Virus record (IMG/VR): IMGVR_UViG_3300045988_144737
Strand: one strand, 5' to 3'
Length of the DNA stretch: 64,000 nt
Source of the DNA: a virus
The notes under the pieces are model-generated. The model saw only the letters and a program-made list of their open reading frames with translations, was not told where the DNA came from and made no database searches. A program made the translations under genes and the position numbers. Shown here one piece after another: positions 9,420-18,532 of this stretch. Each line of letters starts with the position of its first letter. Within the stretch, counting starts at the first letter, position 1.

Positions 9420-10167
9420 CCAACATTTTAGTAATAATAATCATGCCACTACTCATATTTCCATAAGAACGATAATTGTTTCCAAACAATTCAAATAATT
9501 CTTCTTTATTAAAATAAGTTGAAATAGCTTGATATGTAAATTCACATTCTAAATCAATAACATATTTAGATATGAATCCATATAAATTATAGCATCTCTT
9601 TAATTCCTTTAAAATATGCTCTTTCCCATAAACTTTATTTTGTGGTTCATATCCCAATTGTTCAATCATATCATTCCAACCATCAAAATACTTTCTTATA
9701 GTGGCACTACTATAAGAACCATGTTGTTTATATATTCCATAATCAACCTTATTAAAATAGTTAATTACTTTCAACACGTCTTCAATCAATTCATCTTTAG
9801 ACACATTCTTAGGGGTATTGATTTTCAAATTATAACTTTTTAACAAGTTGTTATAACCTCCAAAAATTCTTCTTACCGTGCTACTATGAACGCCATATTT
9901 TATCAAAGTATCTTTTTTTATTGGAATATTATCAACTATCATTTTCGAGACAACATTGTCAATAAACTCTTTATCAATTTCATTATATTTTTTTAATTTA
10001 ATTCCTAATTCTTCGCAAACTTTCTTAAATCCTCCGTATTTGTTAAAATGCCATTGAGCATTTATATCTAAACCGCTATCTTTACTAAAGTCTTTTAAAT
10101 ATACATTACCCTTTTCTTTATAAATTTCTAATAATTTTTCACATAACAATTCTTTTGTTATTTTCAC
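9304..10167 (-). CDS. homing-endonuclease DNA-binding region (four helix-turn-helix-like repeats), GTG start
   Basis: Four repeats of a pattern like YGVHSSTVRRIFGGYNNLLKSYNL / HGSYSSATIRKYFDGWNDMIEQLGY, as in homing-endonuclease-associated repeats. The ORF runs out of frame into 9123-9419. Confidence 0.55.
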   Translation of the reverse strand: MKITKELLCEKLLEIYKEKGNVYLKDFSKDSGLDINAQWHFNKYGGFKKVCEELGIKLKKYNEIDKEFIDNVVSKMIVDNIPIKKDTLIKYGVHSSTVRRIFGGYNNLLKSYNLKINTPKNVSKDELIEDVLKVINYFNKVDYGIYKQHGSYSSATIRKYFDGWNDMIEQLGYEPQNKVYGKEHILKELKRCYNLYGFISKYVIDLECEFTYQAISTYFNKEELFELFGNNYRSYGNMSSGMIIITKMLDEKKYKVSIRKNMGLVGQRQNKQTYVCRYLYRVFKFGN

Positions 10168-10455
10168 AATCTATCAATCACCTTAATTATTTTTTTTGCA
10201 TAGTGGATAAGTCATTTCTGCTTATCTCTCATGTTTTTCACATGATGTTCAGACTATATAATTCACGAATATTATTCGCTAGTGGGGTTTTTATATACAA
10301 TCACTTGTATATAAATAAGATATTCTTATAGTCGTTGAGGCGGAACTTATCGTGCCTGCTGATTACCCATTGTTACATACTTTGAATTGTCACTTTGTTT
10401 CAAGTATCAAAGCCTTTAGGGCTTCCCAGCATATAACCCACTTTTACTTGGACTA

Positions 10456-12108
10456 GTAAAACGTCAATCCAAGAATATCAAGTTTCACATACCCCATATG
10501 TCCTATTTCGCCCATATTGACACAACTGACGGGGTACAAGCTATCCTTAGTAGTAAATGTACCAAACTCCCTAAAAATGTTTCTATCACTAATTATTGAA
10601 CCAGCAGGATGATTTCCTAAAGAAACAATTGTACCATTTAAGATATCTACCATTTTAAATTCGTTAGGGTACATCTCCCTATACTTATCTAAACTATCAT
10701 CTTCCGTAGAATTAGCAACCATACTTATAACATCTTCACCATGGCCAAAAGTTGGAAACACATCTCTAATTGCTCCCTTAAGTGCAATGGTATTAAATGT
10801 TACAATTTGGCAAGTATATAATTTAGGATTATTTAATTTATCTTTTAAAATAAATTCATCAATTCTCTTTTTGTCCTTTTCGTAATAATCGCTATCAATA
10901 TCAGCCAAAGTCACACGAGATGGATTGGCATATCTAAAGAAGTTTAAGTCAAACTTAATACTATTCATTTCTGTAATATCCAACAAATAAGCAATCATTG
11001 AGCCAGATACAGAACCACGACCAGGTCCGCAAAAAATACCATTTGACTTTTCCCAATCACGAATATATTTTTGCAATAAAGTAAAGTCAATTAAGTTTGT
11101 TTTTTGATATATTGATAACTCCTCATTAATTCGATGTTTTAATACATCATTAGGAATATCTTTTATATATTCCCATTTGTCTTTCATTCCTTTTAAAATC
11201 TTTTGTTTCAAAGTTGTTAAAGGGTCATCACTTAATTTTGGATATTTAAACGAAACATCAATTTCATATTCTTCACAACCATTAACCAAAGTATGAGTAT
11301 TTTCAATTCCCTCATAAACATATTTCATATCGATTCCAGTTTTTTCAAACGCATTAATCAATTCATTATAATCCTTAAAGCACAAATCCCAACCATCTTC
11401 ACTATCAAAATGAATTTTTTTTCTTTGTTGCAAAGTTTTTCTACCCTCAAATGAATTTTGGTCAATGCAATGGGTGTCAGTTCCAACAATTAAAGGTATA
11501 CCAAATTTATTATGTAAAGCAATTAATTGTTTGTTGTAAGTAATTTGCTCCTCGACATTATGATGTTGAATTTCTAAAAAACATCTATCTTTGTTATCAT
11601 AAAAGAATTTTATCATCTTTTTTTTCATACTTTCACTTGCACTTGGTGAAATTGTGCCACCCAAACATGCTGATGAAAAGTAGAAATTATCACTTAGATT
11701 TAATAATTCATCAATAGATATCCTTGGATAAAAATAAAACCTTACGACATCATCAATAACTTTAACATTTTCTCTATTAAAACTCTTGCTAACTAATTCA
11801 TTTAATTCATAAAAAGCCTCTTTGTTCTTACAATAAATACAAATATGTCGATTATCCCTAATCAATTCATCATGAGTTTCAGTGATATATGCTTCAATCG
11901 CATGAATATATTTCAATCCTTGTTTTTCAGCATATGTCTTTTTATGATACCAAGATAACAAATTTCCATGTTCTGTAAAGACAATTGACTTCATTCCACA
12001 CTCTTTTGCCCTATCAATAAATTTCGTATAGTCATCTATTGAATCGATAATTGTTGTTCCGTTTGACAATTGTGTATGACAATGAATAATATTATAATTA
12101 TCTTGCAT
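10456..12108 (-). CDS. dnaE: DNA polymerase III alpha (DnaE-type), N-terminal PHP/palm part
   Basis: N-terminal PHP motif IIHCHTQLSNG...FTEHGN...AIEAY; GPGRGSVSGS; ends ...GYVKLDILGL followed by a stop 3 codons later. Confidence 0.85.
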
Positions 12109-12134
12109 TTTTACACCTCTCTTTTTGACAATAT

Positions 12135-12896
12135 TTATTTTTGAATTATATATCTACACTTTTGCGACAAGGCTTTTTTAGATTCTCTATATTCTCCTTG
12201 CGATTTAATATATAACACTTCGGTTCTAATGCCTAATTCTTTACAAGCAATTTCATAATTATAATTATCTTCTTGTTTAGCAGTTCCAATAACTATAATT
12301 ATATAAAAGTTTTTATATTTATTCAAGATTTGTAATAATATTTTTCTACAATGCTCTAAGTCATTGTCTTTTCTAATTACAACCCTTAAATGTGGCTTTG
12401 TTTTATAGTCAATACCTACATATTCATATGAATATGCTATCCTTTTATCGTCAAATGTAAAACCATGATTGTGAACACCATCGTTAACATTCTTTCTTAG
12501 CTTACGAGAACTGCTAGTTTCAATCCAAGGAGAGTTTGGCAATAATCTGCTTTTAGCCAATTTAACATGGGTACTACGACAAAAATATTTATTCCCATTG
12601 CTAATATAATAATTACCCAAAGCATTGCTTAATCGTGTTCCAATTCCCAACCCTTGATAGTCAGGCAACACAACTAATCTATGCTCTCTATAACCATTCT
12701 TTAATGTACCACTCGGTATTGGCAACACGCTATCCATAGCAACGATAACCCCATTCCAAGTAGCAATATACATCTTGCAAGCGTTGTTTAAGTTTACACT
12801 TAAATAGTGATGGTTAGCAAACAATCTCCAAAGCGATTTGTTTGTTGTTTCGTACACTTGCAAGGTAATAACTCCCCCAGCGCTTGACCACGACAA
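12135..12896 (-). CDS. GNAT-family acetyltransferase-like protein (TTG start as tracked)
   Basis: RLVVLPDYQGLGIGTRLSNALG matches the GNAT acetyl-CoA motif (Q/R-x-x-G-x-G/A). The frame opens immediately after a TGA and overlaps the upstream ATPase ORF by 97 nt. Confidence 0.6.
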   Translation of the reverse strand: MSWSSAGGVITLQVYETTNKSLWRLFANHHYLSVNLNNACKMYIATWNGVIVAMDSVLPIPSGTLKNGYREHRLVVLPDYQGLGIGTRLSNALGNYYISNGNKYFCRSTHVKLAKSRLLPNSPWIETSSSRKLRKNVNDGVHNHGFTFDDKRIAYSYEYVGIDYKTKPHLRVVIRKDNDLEHCRKILLQILNKYKNFYIIIVIGTAKQEDNYNYEIACKELGIRTEVLYIKSQGEYRESKKALSQKCRYIIQK

Positions 12897-13531
12897 TCAT
12901 AAATCAATTCCTCGTCTAAATCAATTACAATACTAGGTTGTAAAAAATCTATGTAATCTTTATGACAACTTACAAATACAACATTGTGTAAATCATGCTC
13001 TTTAATATACTTACCCAATCCTTTGGCACAACTCTTAGCAACATTTCTATCAATTGTTGATGTAAACTCATCAAAAATAGTATGGCTATCAATATTTAAG
13101 GCAACATCAGCTCTAAATCCCTCTCCAACACTTAAAACATTTCTAGGTCTACACCATGTAGGAATTGAATTTAACCCGACACTTGTTAGTCTGTTAGTCG
13201 CATCTTCGACGCTTTTAAAATTACTAATTAATGCTTTGGCATTGTCGTATTGTTTGTTTGTAAATTTTGCAAATGTTAATGTTTGTGCTAATGTACTTTT
13301 ACCACTACCGCTTGCACCGCAAATAACAATACTTTGAATATCATTGCTTTTATTAATCTCATTAATTAATTCTTTTGGTAACTCATAAGGATAAAATTTA
13401 CTTGTACCATCAAAATCATAATCAAAATTATTTTGAATTGCATTTGTAAAATCATCTATTGGTACTTTTGATACCAAGGGTTTATCGCCTCTTTTAATGT
13501 TGGCAATAACCTTACATTCATTATATTTCAT
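12800..13531 (-). CDS. ABC-type ATPase-like protein
   Basis: Walker A CGASGSGKST, signature-like LSVGEGFRADVAL and Walker B IFDEFTSTIDR. Confidence 0.65.
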   Translation of the reverse strand: MKYNECKVIANIKRGDKPLVSKVPIDDFTNAIQNNFDYDFDGTSKFYPYELPKELINEINKSNDIQSIVICGASGSGKSTLAQTLTFAKFTNKQYDNAKALISNFKSVEDATNRLTSVGLNSIPTWCRPRNVLSVGEGFRADVALNIDSHTIFDEFTSTIDRNVAKSCAKGLGKYIKEHDLHNVVFVSCHKDYIDFLQPSIVIDLDEELIYDCRGQALGELLPCKCTKQQTNRFGDCLLTITI

Positions 13532-13577
13532 TTTTTAATTTCCTTTCTTTTTAAATTAATTTTCTTTCTATGTATAT

Positions 13578-13606
13578 ATAATAACCCTCAACTAAATATA
13601 AGTCAA
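13578..13606 (-). promoter_or_regulatory. sigma-A-type promoter TTGACT-17-TATTAT nested in a hairpin
   Basis: Minus-strand TTGACT (13601-13606) and TATTAT (13578-13583), flanked and overlapped by the inverted repeat ATAACCCT/AGGGTTAT. Confidence 0.55.
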
Positions 13607-13632
13607 GGGTTATTTTGAAAATTTGTTTAAAA

Positions 13633-13869
13633 TTATTTGAATTTTTTACAGCACCCACAATTAGAATTACCCGATAAACGCTTATTAATAAGTTCAAAGT
13701 CATTTTGATTAAATGGCAATATAATAATTGGAAGGTTTTCTAATTTAATATCGCCATTTTTTATTTGTTCTAAAGATTCCTCGAACAAATGAATTATATT
13801 TTCAAAATCTTTTATCGAACTAATCTTGTTCAAGTTATAAAACGACATATTTTTATTAGTCATCGTCAT
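13633..13869 (-). CDS. hypothetical protein (78 aa from MTMTNK; C-terminal CGCCKKFK)
   Basis: SD AAGGGAG about 10 nt upstream of the internal ATG at 13869. The longer tracked ORF would overlap the upstream gene. Confidence 0.5.
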   Translation of the reverse strand: MTMTNKNMSFYNLNKISSIKDFENIIHLFEESLEQIKNGDIKLENLPIIILPFNQNDFELINKRLSGNSNCGCCKKFK

Positions 13870-13888
13870 TTTCTTTTCACTCCCTTTC

Positions 13889-14143
13889 TTATTTTTTCTT
13901 TCCCATATCTTCAACAAATTTACGTGTACTAGCATGGTCTTGAACATTACATTCATTAATTGACGCTATACAATTTCGTACCGTTGTAGTCGTTATATTA
14001 ATAATTTTATTTCCTATAAGCCCAATTGCATCATCGTCATATAAAAATGTATAGTTAGCCTCATACAAAATAGATGTAATTAGCTTTGGAAGTTCAATAT
14101 ACAAATCAATCTCGCCCTTGTCTTGAAATTCTCTTTTAATCAT
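13889..14143 (-). CDS. hypothetical protein (84 aa)
   Basis: ORF in a co-directional string with AAAGGAGGA upstream. Confidence 0.55.
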   Translation of the reverse strand: MIKREFQDKGEIDLYIELPKLITSILYEANYTFLYDDDAIGLIGNKIINITTTTVRNCIASINECNVQDHASTRKFVEDMGKKK

Positions 14144-14158
14144 AATAATATCCTCCTT

Positions 14159-15346
14159 TTAAAAATTAAAGAAACTATCAACATCATTAACCTCAATTTT
14201 ATTAGGGTTACTCATATTGACAAAATTATCTTCTTCTTTTTGTTTTTCAATATCTTCTAATTGTTTTTTATAAATTGCAAATGGTTTATGATATTTATCA
14301 CTATAACCACATAAATTATATAAATAAAAACTGTTTTTCTTTTCATTTACATCATACATGAATACACTATCATCTTCGTTTTGTTCATAAAGTCTTATTT
14401 TGTTTTCAATTTCATCACAAGTTTGACTTAATTGTTCAATAAATTCTTTTTCTACATTTTCATCAATATCGACATATACATAACAATCATTGAAAACAAA
14501 CTTATCTTGAATTTCACTCGGCAAACACTCTAATGAATTGCTATATTCAACTTCATCTAACAACACTTCGATTTCTTTTGGTTCATAATTAAATTTTTTC
14601 AACCATTTTTTAATATCATTTTTTAAAACCTTTCCGTACTCTCTACGCTCGACAATTCTATCTTTGAATTTTAATTGACCATCTTTTGTTTTCCCAATTT
14701 GTTGTACAGTTATATTATAATATTTTAAAAAATTCCAACAAGTTTTAATTTTATCATACTCAATTCCTTTGGTTTGATGTAGCCCGATTGTATATAATTT
14801 TAGTTGTTGTGAGTTTTGCTCAATCTTATTACCTTTGTAAATTGTACTCGTTTTAAAGTCTTGTTGCATCAACACTCCATCGTTGATATTCAACATATCG
14901 ATATAGCCCATAAATATTCGATTTCCAACCTTTGTGTATACAGTGGTTTCACATAAATTATTCCCTTTTAATGGTTTAAAGTTTTCACAATAATCTATCA
15001 AATTATTATAATAGTTATAAGCAATTTGAGCGTCTTTTGTCTCGTCGCTTGTAAAACCAATTTGTAATATTTGCAATTCCTCAAATCTATCTTTAAATCT
15101 TTTAGCAATTTCCTCTTTTTTTATATTTCCTTCATAATATTTTTGTAATAAATCATGAATACAAGAACCTAATTCTAAATACGCTTTGCTTGTTGTTTTG
15201 TCTGGTTTTATGTGTTTTACATATTTTAAAAAATATTCATATTCATCTTGTAAATAACAAGAAACTTCACTCCAAGACCAAACCTTATCAACATTAAATT
15301 TGTTTTTTAGTAATTCAATTTTTTCTTTATGACCGTTTCTTCCCAT
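14159..15346 (-). CDS. PD-(D/E)XK (RecB/Cas4-like) exonuclease
   Basis: GYIDML...QQDFKTS (D...D/E-x-K) followed by QQLKLYT (QxxxY); located in the replication module. Confidence 0.65.
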   Translation of the reverse strand: MGRNGHKEKIELLKNKFNVDKVWSWSEVSCYLQDEYEYFLKYVKHIKPDKTTSKAYLELGSCIHDLLQKYYEGNIKKEEIAKRFKDRFEELQILQIGFTSDETKDAQIAYNYYNNLIDYCENFKPLKGNNLCETTVYTKVGNRIFMGYIDMLNINDGVLMQQDFKTSTIYKGNKIEQNSQQLKLYTIGLHQTKGIEYDKIKTCWNFLKYYNITVQQIGKTKDGQLKFKDRIVERREYGKVLKNDIKKWLKKFNYEPKEIEVLLDEVEYSNSLECLPSEIQDKFVFNDCYVYVDIDENVEKEFIEQLSQTCDEIENKIRLYEQNEDDSVFMYDVNEKKNSFYLYNLCGYSDKYHKPFAIYKKQLEDIEKQKEEDNFVNMSNPNKIEVNDVDSFFNF

Positions 15347-15348
15347 TG

Positions 15349-16413
15349 TTATGCACCCCTTTCTTCTAACAATTTTAAATAGTGCAAATGTTTGCTTTCG
15401 TCATATTTTATCCTTTGATTAAACATAGCTTTATAATCATTATCACATAGGTCAGCAGGAGCCATATGGTCTTGTAGGGCGTTGTTTTTATCATATAGGT
15501 AAAATACATTACGAATGTTATAAAATTGCTCACAAGCCTTATATATATCCAATAATGACACATCTTTGTCAAAACTAATTATAACATCAACATTTAATCC
15601 AATTAAAATTTTTGCTTGTTCATTACTAATCGAATGACAACCTAAACTAACTCCTGTAAAATCGAAACGAGAATGTCTCTTCCAAACGCTTTTCTCCGCT
15701 TCATGAACAGTTACATACCCATTTGTTTGTATTCCATAATAATTATTATATAAACCATATAAATTATTACCTTTAGGATATGCTTTGATAGGAAAATATT
15801 TGGGAATATCAAACAATTCATAATTTTCAATTGTGGTTCTCCTCATAACACCAACCAATTTCCCATCATCGTATTTATAATGCGGAATAATTATTGCTTG
15901 TCTATAATAATCATATCCAATATTAAATTCTTCTCTAGTAAATTCTGCAACTCCCTCTTTTACTAATGAAATATGTAAATATGGAAATGAGTTTAACAAA
16001 ACATTATCATCAACTTCTTCGAGTTGTATATTTTGATATCTTTGTTTTTTTACTTTTGTAAAAATATCTAATGGATTTTTTACCTCGTCTTTAATAACTT
16101 TTCCATTGTATGAATATTTTAGACCATATAATTTGTGTAAGTATTTCATACATTGACCAAACGTTAGGTTTTTATATTTCATAACCAAAGCATAAATATC
16201 TCCATGCCAATTTTCGCTGTATATTGTAACCTTTAAGGTTTCTTTATTTAATGCCAAAGATGTAGAATTAGTGTGGTTTGGTCTAGCACATCTAATTTCT
16301 TTGTCATTGGCATTTATTTTAGTACAACCAATATCTCTTAGGGTTTTTTCTGCCAAATCATTATCAATAATATATTTTTTTAACTCATTTGGACTCACAT
16401 ATAACCCTCCCAA
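15349..16413 (-). CDS. DnaG-like DNA primase (Zn finger + TOPRIM)
   Basis: N-terminal Cys/His cluster (GCTK...IRCARPNH); TOPRIM-like HEAEKS and ISFDKD; adjacent to the helicase. Confidence 0.6.
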   Translation of the reverse strand: MGGLYVSPNELKKYIIDNDLAEKTLRDIGCTKINANDKEIRCARPNHTNSTSLALNKETLKVTIYSENWHGDIYALVMKYKNLTFGQCMKYLHKLYGLKYSYNGKVIKDEVKNPLDIFTKVKKQRYQNIQLEEVDDNVLLNSFPYLHISLVKEGVAEFTREEFNIGYDYYRQAIIIPHYKYDDGKLVGVMRRTTIENYELFDIPKYFPIKAYPKGNNLYGLYNNYYGIQTNGYVTVHEAEKSVWKRHSRFDFTGVSLGCHSISNEQAKILIGLNVDVIISFDKDVSLLDIYKACEQFYNIRNVFYLYDKNNALQDHMAPADLCDNDYKAMFNQRIKYDESKHLHYLKLLEERGA

Positions 16414-17913
16414 CTAATCCATATCGATATACGTATATCCTAATTCAACGATTTTATTTCTACCAAAATCAATTTCGGCTACAATTTGTTGATTTTTATC
16501 TCCTTCTCGAGATTTTGATACAAAGAAAATAATATAAGATTTTCTTTCATCTAATTCAACCAAAACTTGATGAGCAACACCATTCGCATCAATCTCTATT
16601 CTTCTAACCTTTAGCGGATTAGAACCGCAACTCTTTTCATCGTTTCTAACCTTTCTAAACATAACACAAGTCGAAAATACATCAACTACACTTTTAGCCT
16701 CGGCTAAGTTATCAATGCTTAAATACTTTTGTCTAGCACTCCCCTTGTTTGATTGAAATGTACATAACAAATGAACATTTTGTCCTGCTTCTTTACAAAC
16801 ATCATATAGTTTAACACTATCATTGATTAATTCAATACGATAATTAGATGTATTTGCGCCTGTACTCATCTTAAAAGTATCTAATACAAAATATTTTACT
16901 CCCAACATAGCGTATTTATTTATAATTTTAATCATTGAATCAACGGTATATCTTTTTAATGGAATTATAGTTAATAGTTTTTTATTTTTCATTGACTTTA
17001 GCCATGCGATTGCTTTGGAAATATCTTCTTCTTGTTTCTTAGTCCATTTACCGCTCTTAAATGTGTATTTATCAATATCTCCATCTTTGATAGCATTATT
17101 AATATACCAAATAATCAAATCTCTTTGAACCTTATCTTTTCCTTCTTCGTTTAATACACAAATAACCTTTTCTCCCATCAACAACAACGTTGGTAACCAT
17201 AATATCCTCATTATTGTTGATTTTCCTTCATTGGTTATAGCAGTAATCATTTCTAGGTCACCTAACCTCATACCGCCAGTAGCCCTATTTAACATTGGCA
17301 TATTAAGCAATTCTAAACCCATCTCTTCGCCTTTTTTGGCACTTTCAATCATATCATCAATGCCATCAGAGATGTCGTACACTTTATCCATGCCAGCATC
17401 TTTATTCAAGATTACATTAGTTAATCTAACCTCTAAATCTGTATATATATCTTCTAAAGTCCAATCTGTATAGGTTGATAACTTATCCCTAATTGGGTAC
17501 TTTTGTTTATTTAATTCATAAACAGCACACCATTTGTTTAAATCGATGATATACCCCTCTAAGTTGGCTACATTTACATATTCTTTGATTTTGTCAATTA
17601 TACTATAACCACCATATTTTTCATATTCTAATTTTAATTTTGGATGTTGTTCCAAATAAAAAGAAATTGTATATTCATCAATAAATGTTTTCTTTTCATT
17701 AATTACTAAATCTTTAATTATAGAAAAGTATACTTTCCATACATTATGTAGAAAATCTTCTATACTTAAATTTGTAAAGCCATACAACAACTCAGGTTCT
17801 TTATAAAAGCAACCACAAATATTTGCTTCGATTGGTTCTGTATACCCTCTTAATATTTTTGCTACTTCATAAACTTCTTGTTGGATTGGTGTTAAATTAT
17901 TTATATCTACCAT
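16414..17913 (-). CDS. DnaB-like replicative DNA helicase
   Basis: Walker A AITNEGKST and Walker B-like YFVLDTF; size and position immediately upstream of the primase. Confidence 0.7.
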   Translation of the reverse strand: MVDINNLTPIQQEVYEVAKILRGYTEPIEANICGCFYKEPELLYGFTNLSIEDFLHNVWKVYFSIIKDLVINEKKTFIDEYTISFYLEQHPKLKLEYEKYGGYSIIDKIKEYVNVANLEGYIIDLNKWCAVYELNKQKYPIRDKLSTYTDWTLEDIYTDLEVRLTNVILNKDAGMDKVYDISDGIDDMIESAKKGEEMGLELLNMPMLNRATGGMRLGDLEMITAITNEGKSTIMRILWLPTLLLMGEKVICVLNEEGKDKVQRDLIIWYINNAIKDGDIDKYTFKSGKWTKKQEEDISKAIAWLKSMKNKKLLTIIPLKRYTVDSMIKIINKYAMLGVKYFVLDTFKMSTGANTSNYRIELINDSVKLYDVCKEAGQNVHLLCTFQSNKGSARQKYLSIDNLAEAKSVVDVFSTCVMFRKVRNDEKSCGSNPLKVRRIEIDANGVAHQVLVELDERKSYIIFFVSKSREGDKNQQIVAEIDFGRNKIVELGYTYIDMD

Positions 17914-18368
17914 AAATCGTCAAATTTTTCCTTTCCTACACTTTTAACTTTATAATTATTTTTAACTTCATTCATTAATTTAATATCATTTGCGATTTTG
18001 CTTTGTTTTTCTTCGTTGATTTTTTTATTCCTATGTGCTTGCATGGCTTTTAATTTAATATCATTCAAATTTTTCTCAGCAATTAAACAAACTCCATTAA
18101 TTTTATGTTGCTCATTCTTAAATGTTGTTTTTGCAATATAATTTAAAATATTTCTCTCTTCTTTTTTAAAGGCAAATAAAATCATTTTATAAGTATATAG
18201 CATTTTATCTTCTTTTCGTGCTATATGTTTTCCTACTGCCATACCTTTTAGTCTTAATGCCATTTGTTTTGGAAAAGCTAAATCATCTCCATATTGTAAA
18301 ATATTAGATTTAACATAATTACATAATTCATCAAATTCTTCTTTTTGTTTTTTAGACATCTTAGCCAT
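17907..18368 (-). CDS. hypothetical protein (about 153 aa; start uncertain)
   Basis: ORF overlapping the helicase start by 7 nt. The tracked TTG start lies inside the TnpB-1 tail, so the ATG at 18368 or 18359 is more likely. Confidence 0.5.
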   Translation of the reverse strand: MAKMSKKQKEEFDELCNYVKSNILQYGDDLAFPKQMALRLKGMAVGKHIARKEDKMLYTYKMILFAFKKEERNILNYIAKTTFKNEQHKINGVCLIAEKNLNDIKLKAMQAHRNKKINEEKQSKIANDIKLMNEVKNNYKVKSVGKEKFDDLW

Positions 18369-18386
18369 CACTATCACCGTTGCCAA

Positions 18387-18532
18387 AACCTTATAAAACT
18401 CTATAAAGCTTGTTTAATTCCCTATTCAACGTATCCTATTTTGCTACAAAGCTACTCTAGTTTGATATAATACTCCAAGGGCGTAAATTCCCATACAACG
18501 CATGGTACACATTAGTATTATCTTTTAAGTGA
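18387..18532 (-). ncRNA. putative omega-RNA (reRNA) scaffold of TnpB-1
   Basis: Non-coding tail after the tnpB stop. It carries TTTACGCCCTTGGAG and a terminal TTAAACAAG-hairpin(CTTTATA/TATAAG)-GTTTTGG module that parallels the tail of TnpB-2. Confidence 0.5.

Larger units (their letters stand above)
9118..10455 (-). mobile_element. intervening element in the polymerase gene: probable group I intron with homing endonuclease
   Basis: About 1.3 kb separates ...GYVKLDILGL(TFY*) from CNKFVDN... It holds about 285 nt 5' and 150 nt 3' of non-coding sequence (TATATAGTCTGAAC resembles a P7 block) around an endonuclease ORF. Exact splice sites are not resolved. Confidence 0.55.

Noticed and set aside
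2263-10455. Inteins as the explanation for split nrdD, dnaE and RNAP
   Set aside because: The intervening sequences carry in-frame stops immediately after the exon ends. The endonucleases are separate ORFs with their own SDs. The flanks show group I features (U at the 5' splice site, terminal G, P7-like GATAGTC blocks). Inteins would be in-frame fusions.
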